A stretch of DNA of 64,000 nucleotides from the human T2T-CHM13v2.0 reference genome, Homo sapiens: the NCBI RefSeq assembly GCF_009914755.1, contig NC_060933.1. One strand, 5' to 3'. Numbering within the stretch: position 1 is the stretch's first letter; each line of letters starts with the position of its first letter. Below the pieces are notes generated by a model. That model was not told where the DNA came from and did no database searches. It saw nothing but the letters and a program-made list of their open reading frames with translations. Made by a program: the position numbers and the translations under genes. Shown here piece after piece: positions 56,305-64,000 of the stretch.

Positions 56305-56454
56305 ATGGATGACAAGGCTTCTGTTGGAAAAATCAGTGTCTCTTCAGACTCAGTATCTACTCTTAATAGTGAAGATTTTGTCTTGGTTTCCAGGCAAGGA
56401 GATGAGACACCATCTACAAATAATGGAAGTGATGATGAGAAAACAGGACTCAAG
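56305..56454 (+). CDS. RABGAP1: RABGAP1 (Rab GTPase-activating protein 1) first coding exon, codons 1-50; exon spans 56256-56454
   Basis: MDDKASVGKISVSSDSVSTLNSEDFVLVSRQGDETPSTNNGSDDEKTGLK; acceptor TTTTTGTTTTTCAG| and phase-0 donor AAG|GTAAAA. Confidence 0.93.
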
Positions 56455-57130
56455 GTAAAACTCCCTAACCTAAGATTGTTTTGCTTAGCTTTTCTAAGCC
56501 CATTGCAAAACTTGGCCTTAACAGAAAACAGATATGGGAGGAAAGTGAGAACATGGAAGTAATATACTTCTTTTTCTTTAAAGAATTTTATTTGCACTTA
56601 GTGAGAAGTTTGTATTTGATTAAAGATTTTCACTCTGATTAGCTTTTCCTAAATTTTTCAATACCCCTAAGTGTCAAAACTAGTGGTTATAGTATAAACA
56701 TTTGTCATTTTAGTATTGTTTTCACTTTTCCATTGAATTACAAGTACTTGTTTTGTTTGGTCCTGGTTTACATAATGTAAGGGCACTGGCAGGTCAAAGA
56801 TGCTATTTATGAAAATGTGTTTTAGGATTATTGAAACAACTTTAAATACCTGGCCATTTTTTTTTTTATAATTTCTCAGCCACTATTAGTTATTTTCCAA
56901 TGCCCTATTATTGTTCTACTCTTTATTGATATAAATAAAAACAGATTATCTGTTAAAGTTGTCATTTAAAATATAAGTAGCTTTAAAAATGTTTTAATTC
57001 CTGTTAACATCTTTTCTTGCAACAAATGTTTACTAAGTAATGACTATATGCCAATTATTGTTCTAAGTACTGGGGATATAGTGGTGAACAACACAGGCAA
57101 AACTCCCTGCCCTTCTAGAGCTTTAATTCT

Positions 57131-57576
57131 TTTTTTTTTTTTTTAAGAATGAATCATCCATTTTATTTTATTTTGTCATGTGCTCAACAGCATCTCTCTC
57201 TCTCTCCCCTCTCCCTGGCAGGTCACAGAGATAAATTAAAAATAAAATCTACAAGGAAAATAATTTATGAAAGCACTCCCAGGTTCACACCTTCTATCCC
57301 TACTGCTCAGTTAGGCACCCCCTAACTGGGAATCAGTGCTTCCCCCCACCCCCATTTCACTCCCACTTGTCTGGGGCAGACGGTACTCCAGAGCCGGGCA
57401 GGGGTGAGGGCAGCAGTGGCAAACAGTTAAAAATAAAGACATTGTAGTCCTGGAACCATCTGGCCACCTTGGCATTCCCATGTCTGCCTCCCCCAGGCAG
57501 CCCTCCAGGAGCCTGTGCGAAGCTGGGGCTGTGGAGAAGCTGCCTATGGCTGAGAGCTTGTGTGTTTGGGGAGGTG
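57131..57576 (-). pseudogene. 5'-truncated retrocopy of an unidentified mRNA 3' end, inserted in an L2 element
   Basis: Perfect 15-bp TSD TAGAGCTTTAATTCT (57116-57130 and 57577-57591), poly-A, AATAAA about 17 nt before the tail, body not repeat-like. Confidence 0.8.
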
Positions 57577-57737
57577 TAGAGCTTTAATTCTAATGGGGGA
57601 AATAGACTCTAAGCAAATAAGAAAATAAATATATCAAGTAAATTTAGGTGCTGTGAAGAATAACAAAACAGGATATGTGGATAAACAGTGAACAACGTTA
57701 TGATTGTTCCTTGACTTTTAAAAATTTTTGTCAAAAT

Positions 57738-57944
57738 GAGAATACTTGGACACAGGATGGGGAACATCACACACAGGGGCCTGTCGTGGGGTGGGGGGAG
57801 CAGGGAGGGATAGCATTAGGAGAAATACCTAATGTAAACGACAAGTTAATGGGTGCAGCATACCAGTGTGGCACATGTATACATATGTAACAAACCTGCA
57901 CATTGTGAACATGTACCCTAGAACCTAAAGTATAATTTAAAAAA
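57738..57944 (+). mobile_element. Severely 5'-truncated L1PA 3' end
   Basis: GGGAGGGATAGCATTAGGAGAAATACCTAATGTAAA...TGTAACAAACCTGCAC; TSD AAAATTTTTGTCAAAAT (57721-57737 and 57945-57961). Confidence 0.93.
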
Positions 57945-57973
57945 AAAATTTTTGTCAAAATTTTGAAAACTTG

Positions 57974-58331
<358 letters not shown>

Positions 58332-58699
58332 TTAATAAGAGTGAATGACAGGTGCTTTTTTAGAGAAGGTCTTGAGATGACATTTGAGGTGAGGCCCAAA
58401 TGAAGTGAGGAGGAAGGCCATGGAAAAATCTGGGAAAAGAGCTTTCCAGTTAGAGCAGCAAATAGACCATGAGGAGAACCACCCTTGCTAGGACAGGGGT
58501 TAGAGCAGAGTGAACAAAGTAAAAAGCAGTAAAGGATGAGATCCAGTAGTGGGCATGGGCTGGATTGTGTAGAACCCTGTGGAGCTTAATAGAAAGTGTG
58601 GGGCTTTACAAAAAAAAAAAAAAAAAAAAAGAGTGGAAATTTTGGAGAGTTTTGAATGGGATCATGATCTAATTTATATTTTTAAAAGCTCACTGGTTA

Positions 58700-61600
58700 A
58701 GAGGGACTTGTAGGATGACAGCATGTTCTACTCCTCAGCAGAACTGGTGACAATTACAAAAATAAAACATTTAAGGTCTCTGAAAGTGTTTTAAAGGAAA
58801 TACAGCAAATGAAAAAACATTTATTCAAGAAAATTCATAAAATTTGGTCAGAGGGGCAAGAACCTGTTATTGGTAACAAGACCTGCCCTTTCCTTACCCT
58901 ATCCCAGCTGAGAGAGATGGTAACTCTTCTCCATATTGGTGCAGTGAAGAAGACAAGAATCCCTGTCCCCCATCAGCTCCCATTCTGGGCTATCTTCCAA
59001 AGCAGGAGCAAGATATCATTATTTCTCATCCTGCTTCCCCATGCCTGTTTCTGGCCAAGTGTGACTAAGAGTTGGGGGCCTTGTTTTTCTGCCCAGCCCC
59101 TGCTCCTGGGACAGAGGCTTTACTTTGGGCAGAGCAACTAACCCTGGGGTGTCACTCAGTGACACACAGTGTGTCATTGTCTCTACTTCCAGCTCCAAAG
59201 CCATGTCTCAGAGATTTTACCTTCAGAGAAAAGTTGGCCTTAAAGCAGCCTTCTTAAAGGAATGGGCTTCATGCACGACAGAGTATAGAAAAGTTTAAGC
59301 CTAAGGTTACTCTAAAAAATAGTGGAGGTTGTGGTGAAAGGTAATTGGGGAAGATTGGTAGATTGATGGGACATTTAGGCTTGACTATAGATGTGCTCAT
59401 TTGCCTGAGGAAACTAGGGAAAGACACAGCTGGGAGGAGATCACCAAGGGTCAAAACAAATCTCAACCCTTGACCTCTGGAACTTTCACTTCAAAGATAC
59501 CCAAGTTTGATTGACTTAGACTATGGAACAGTTTATACTGTAGTGCATTGTTGAAATCATTACAGGAATCAGACAGCAATTAGTGTAATTTAACAAGCTA
59601 GTTGTGGTCAGAGAAACCAAGAATCAGCGAGAGCCCTGCCCAAACCACTCTCATCCCAAGGTGACAGTGAGCAATCTCAAGTCTGAGCTCCCTGAGGAGC
59701 AACTCCAGAGGCTTAACACTAGACAATGGAATCTACAAAAATCAACTAGCCAGTCACCCAATAAACAAGCATCAACAATAACAAATCTTGCAGTGGGGAG
59801 GCCAGTACTTAGTGTTGGTACTGTATATTATCTCAAGTATCTAGTTTCTAACCAAAAATTATAAGACATTCAGAGAAACAAGAAAATATGACCCAGACAT
59901 CCCGTTAAAAAAGCAAGCTACAGATACTGCCTGTGAGAGTGACTGGTTGAGTTTAACACAGAGCTTTCAAGGTAGCTATTATTAATATATTCAGCAAACT
60001 AAAGGAAATCATGTAGAAATGAAGGCGTGATGATAGTTTCACATGAAACAGAGAATATTAATAACGAGATAGAAATCATTTTAAAAAGAAGCAAATGGAA
60101 ATTCTGGAATGGAACATCACAGTAACTGAAATGAAAAACTCACTTGAGGGCACAACAGTACATTTCAACTGGCAAAAGAAAGAGTTAATGAACATGACGA
60201 TAGATCAGTAGAAATTACTCAAAGAACATGAAGAAAAACAATGTAGAAAAAAACAGGCTCAGAAAAATATGGGAAACTATTAAGTGTACCAACATGCTTG
60301 TAATAGGAGTATCAAAAGGAGAGGAGAAAGAGAAATGACTAGAAAAAAAATTTTAAGTAATAATGTCCAAAAACATCCCAAATTTATTTAAAAACAATAA
60401 TTTATATATCCAGGAAGTTCAATGAACACCATGTAGGATAGATGCAAAGATATTCACAAAGAGGAGTATCTTGATAAAGATGCTAAAAGACAAGGAAAAA
60501 ATCTTGAGAGAGCAGCAAGAGATAACTGACTCATCAACTTACAAGGGAACCTGCCCATAAGATTTATAGCTAACTTCTCAGCAAAAAAATGGAGGCAAGA
60601 AGCCAGTGGGACAACATATTCAAAGCACTTAAACCAAAAAAACTGTTAACCAACAATTCTATGTCCAGCAAAGCTATTATTCAAAACGGAAGGTTCCTTG
60701 AAGTAAAGGCATTCTGAGGTAAAAACTCAGAGAATTTGCTGTTGGCAGACCCACTTTACAAGAAACACTAAAGGAAGTTCTTCAGGCTGAAAGCAAGTTA
60801 CTCCACATGATGATTTTAATCCACATGAAAAATCTTAAGAGCACCAGTAAAAATAATTATGTAGTAATAACACTATAAATGCATATTTTCTCCTTTTCTC
60901 TTTTGTGTTGTGTATATATCATGTGTATCTATATAGGCACTTAATAGCTGTAAAGTTCCCTAAGAACTGTTTAAGCTGTATCCCATAAATCTTAGTATAT
61001 TTACTGCATTTTACTGCAGTGCTGTATAGTATGTATATAGTATATTGTTGGGCCTATGAGATGCGGAAATGTAATATGTTTGCCAATAATAGGAAAAAGG
61101 AGATAAGATAGGGACAGATCTGTGTTTGGGCTAGGAAATAACTCCATATAGTAACTCAAATTCATAAGAATAAATGAAGAAAACCAGAAACGATAAATAA
61201 GAAGGTTAATATAAGAAAAGCTGTAAATGTACATTGGTTCTTCTCTCAACTTCTTTAAAGGTATATATAAAATTATATAAAGTAATAATTGTGACAATGT
61301 ATTGTTGGACTTCTAACATTTATAGATATAATGTGTATAGCAATACCACAAAAGGCAGGGGGAAGGGAATAGAGCTATGTTTGAATAATGTTTCTATTTC
61401 TCAGTGGAATTGAGTGAGTATAAATCAGATGCTCATTCTGATAAGATGTGCATTGTTTCAAGTCCAACAGAGCTTAAAGATTAAAAAAAAAAAAGGGTAA
61501 TCCCAGCACTTTGGGAGAGTGAGGTGGGTGGTTTGCTTGAGGCCAGGAGTTTAAGACCAGCTTGGGCCACATGGTAAAACCCCATCTCTACAAAAAACAA

Positions 61601-63955
61601 ACAAACCCCCACAAATCAGCCAGGCATTGTGGTGTGTGTCTGTAGTCAGAAAGGTGACTTGGGAGGCTGAGGTGGGAGAATTACTTGAGCCCAGGAGGTT
61701 GATGGTCTGGTGAGCCATGGTCACACCACTGCATTCTAGCCCAAGTGACAGAGTGAGACTCTCTCTTAAAAAAAAAAATAATAAAAATAGTACATTGTAA
61801 GTTCCTAGAGGAACTAACAAGGATACAAGTAAAAATATATGTGGAAAAAAATCATCAAAGAAATGTAAATGCTATATTAGAAAATATTTACTAAGTCCAA
61901 GAGAAAGCAATAATAGAGGCACAAAAAAGATAAGAGACACACTAAAAATGATAAAGTTGGCACTCCTGAATCCAGCTATATCAATAATAATACTAAATGT
62001 AAGTAGATTAAGCAGTGTAATCAAAAGGGGAGATACTGTTAGATTGGATAAAAATATATGATCCAACTGTATGCTCTCTACAAGATATACTTTAGGTTTA
62101 GAGATACAAATAGATTTAAAATAAAAGGATGGAAAAATATAATGCAAACAGCATTATAAGAAAGCTGGATTGGCTATTCTGATTTTAGACAAAATAGACT
62201 TTAAAACAAAAAACTTTACTAGAGGTAATATATGAATAATGACATTTTGTAATGAGAAGGATTAGTCCATCACAGACATCTAACAATTACATATCTAATA
62301 ACCAAGCACCAAAATGCATGAAGCAAAAACTGACAGAAATGAAGAGAAAATGGACAATTCAAGAATAATTGTTAGCCGGGCGTGGTGGCTGACTCCTGTA
62401 ATCCCAGCAATTCAGGAGGCTGAGGCGGGTGGATTGCTTGAGCTCAGAAGTTCGAGACCAGACTGGGCAACATAGCAAGTCCCCGTCTCATTTAAAAAAA
62501 AATTATTGAAGATTATAATATACTGCTTTCAATAATGAAGGGGACAACTAGGCCAATCAATAAGGAGATAGAAGCCTTAAATGACACTGTTGACCAACTA
62601 GAGCTAACAGATCTCTGTAGAACACTCACCCCAACAATAGCAGAGTATTCATTCTTTTCAAGTGCACCCAAAGTATTAATCCAACCATAAGGGCAGGAAA
62701 CTAGAAATCAGTAACAGAAGTAAAACTGAAAATTCACTACTACAGGGAAATTAAACAACATACTCCTAAATAAAAAGTCGAAGAAAAAAAAAGGAAGTTA
62801 GAAAATACTTGAAATGAATGAAAATGCAGATACAATATACTAAGACTTATGGGATACAGCTTAAACAGTTCTAAGGGAAATTTATAGCTGTTAAGTGCCT
62901 ATATTAAGAAAGAAGAAAGACCTAAACTTAATATCCTAACCTTCCACCTTAAGACCCTGGTAGAAAGGTACATTAAACCTAAAACAGTCAGAAGGAAGGA
63001 AAATAAAAGAAGAACAGAAATTAATGGAACAGAATAGAAAAGCAGTAGAGAAAAATCAGTGGAACCAAAAATTGATTCTTTGAAAATACCAACAAAATTG
63101 ACAAAACTTTAATTAGATTAACCACAGAAAAAGAAGACAATTTACTGGAATCATAAATGAAAGGGAATAATACTGCTGATAATACGTAGAATTATGAAGG
63201 AATACTAGAGTTGTGTGCCCATAAATAGGTAATTTAGATGAAATGGACAAATTTCTAGAGCGACACTAACAAAACTGATAAAATAGTCTGAACAGATCTA
63301 TAACAAAGAGATTGAATTAGTAATCAAAAAAGTACCCCAAAGAAACCCTGGACTCAGGTGGCTATACTGTTGAATTCTACCAGATACTTAAATAAGAATT
63401 AATATCTATTCTGCACAAACTCTTCTCTGGAATAGAAAAGTAGGGAATACTTCCCAACTTACTCTATGAGAACACCATTACCCTGATACCAAAATCAGAC
63501 AAAGACATCAAAGGGAAACTGCACACCAGTGTCTTTAATGCATATGGACACAAAAATCCTTGAAATACTAGCAAAGTGAATTCAGCTGGTATATAAATAT
63601 AAAAAAGATTACATACCATGATCAAGTGGGAGTTATTCCAGGAATGTAAGGTTAGTTTAACATCTGAAAATTATTAATGTAATACACCGTATCTATAGAA
63701 TAAAAAGCAAAACCCACATGATCATCTCAGTAGATGCAGAAAAAGCATTTGACGAAAATCTAACACCATTTCATGAAAAAAAGAAATGAGAAAACTCAAA
63801 CTAGAAATACAATGGAACATTTCAACCTGATAAAGGACATTTACAGAAAGCTCACAGGTAAAATCATACTTGATGGTGAGTGATTCTTCCCCCGCCTAAG
63901 TTTAAGAATAAGACAAGGAGGTCTACACTCACCACCGATCTTCAACATTGTGCTA
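58700..63955 (+). mobile_element. Long degraded L1M element (5'UTR, ORF1, inter-ORF, ORF2 EN and start of RT) with Alus at about 61497-61780, 62375-62500 and from 63957
   Basis: ORF2 remnants: CACATGATCATCTCAGTAGATGCAGAAAAAGCATTTGAC (HMIISVDAEKAFD) and CTAGATGAAATGGACAAATT-like motifs. No intact ORF. Confidence 0.88.
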
Positions 63956-64000
63956 GGGCCAGGTGCAGTGGCTCATGCTTGTAATCCCAGCACTTTGAGA

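Noticed and set aside
56177-56597. ORFs overlapping the RABGAP1 exon, and the extension to 56562
   Set aside because: These are alternative-frame or antisense shadows and read-through past the donor at 56454.
60800-61330. Loose internal repeat in the L1 inter-ORF region
   Set aside because: Old L1M families carry such sub-repeats natively. Only the inverted 82-bp insert was kept as a finding.

Overview
This is a human-type (Alu-rich primate) genomic window, recognisable from its proteins as the 9q33 RC3H2-ZBTB6-ZBTB26-RABGAP1 cluster. On the minus strand, head to tail, lie the CpG-island promoter and non-coding exon 1 of RC3H2 (Roquin-2, assigned from gene order because no coding exon is in the window), ZBTB6 (424 aa) and ZBTB26 (441 aa). 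Both ZBTB genes encode BTB plus 4 C2H2 fingers in a single coding exon. On the plus strand are the RABGAP1 promoter, exon 1 and first coding exon. The rest is mostly Alu, L1, L2, MIR and DNA-transposon debris plus a Y1 RNA retropseudogene. I found no convincing wholly new biological system. The best second-look items are: a 104-bp copy of ZBTB26 coding sequence pasted into one arm of an older local duplication; an inverted, locally templated copy inside an L1; a TSD-flanked retrocopy of an unidentified mRNA 3' end; a 5'-inverted old L1; a Roquin-type CDE hairpin in the ZBTB26 3'UTR next to the Roquin-2 gene; uORF-bearing 5' exons; and unexplained motifs shared by the ZBTB6 and ZBTB26 linkers. 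Repeat boundaries and subfamily calls were made by eye and are approximate.
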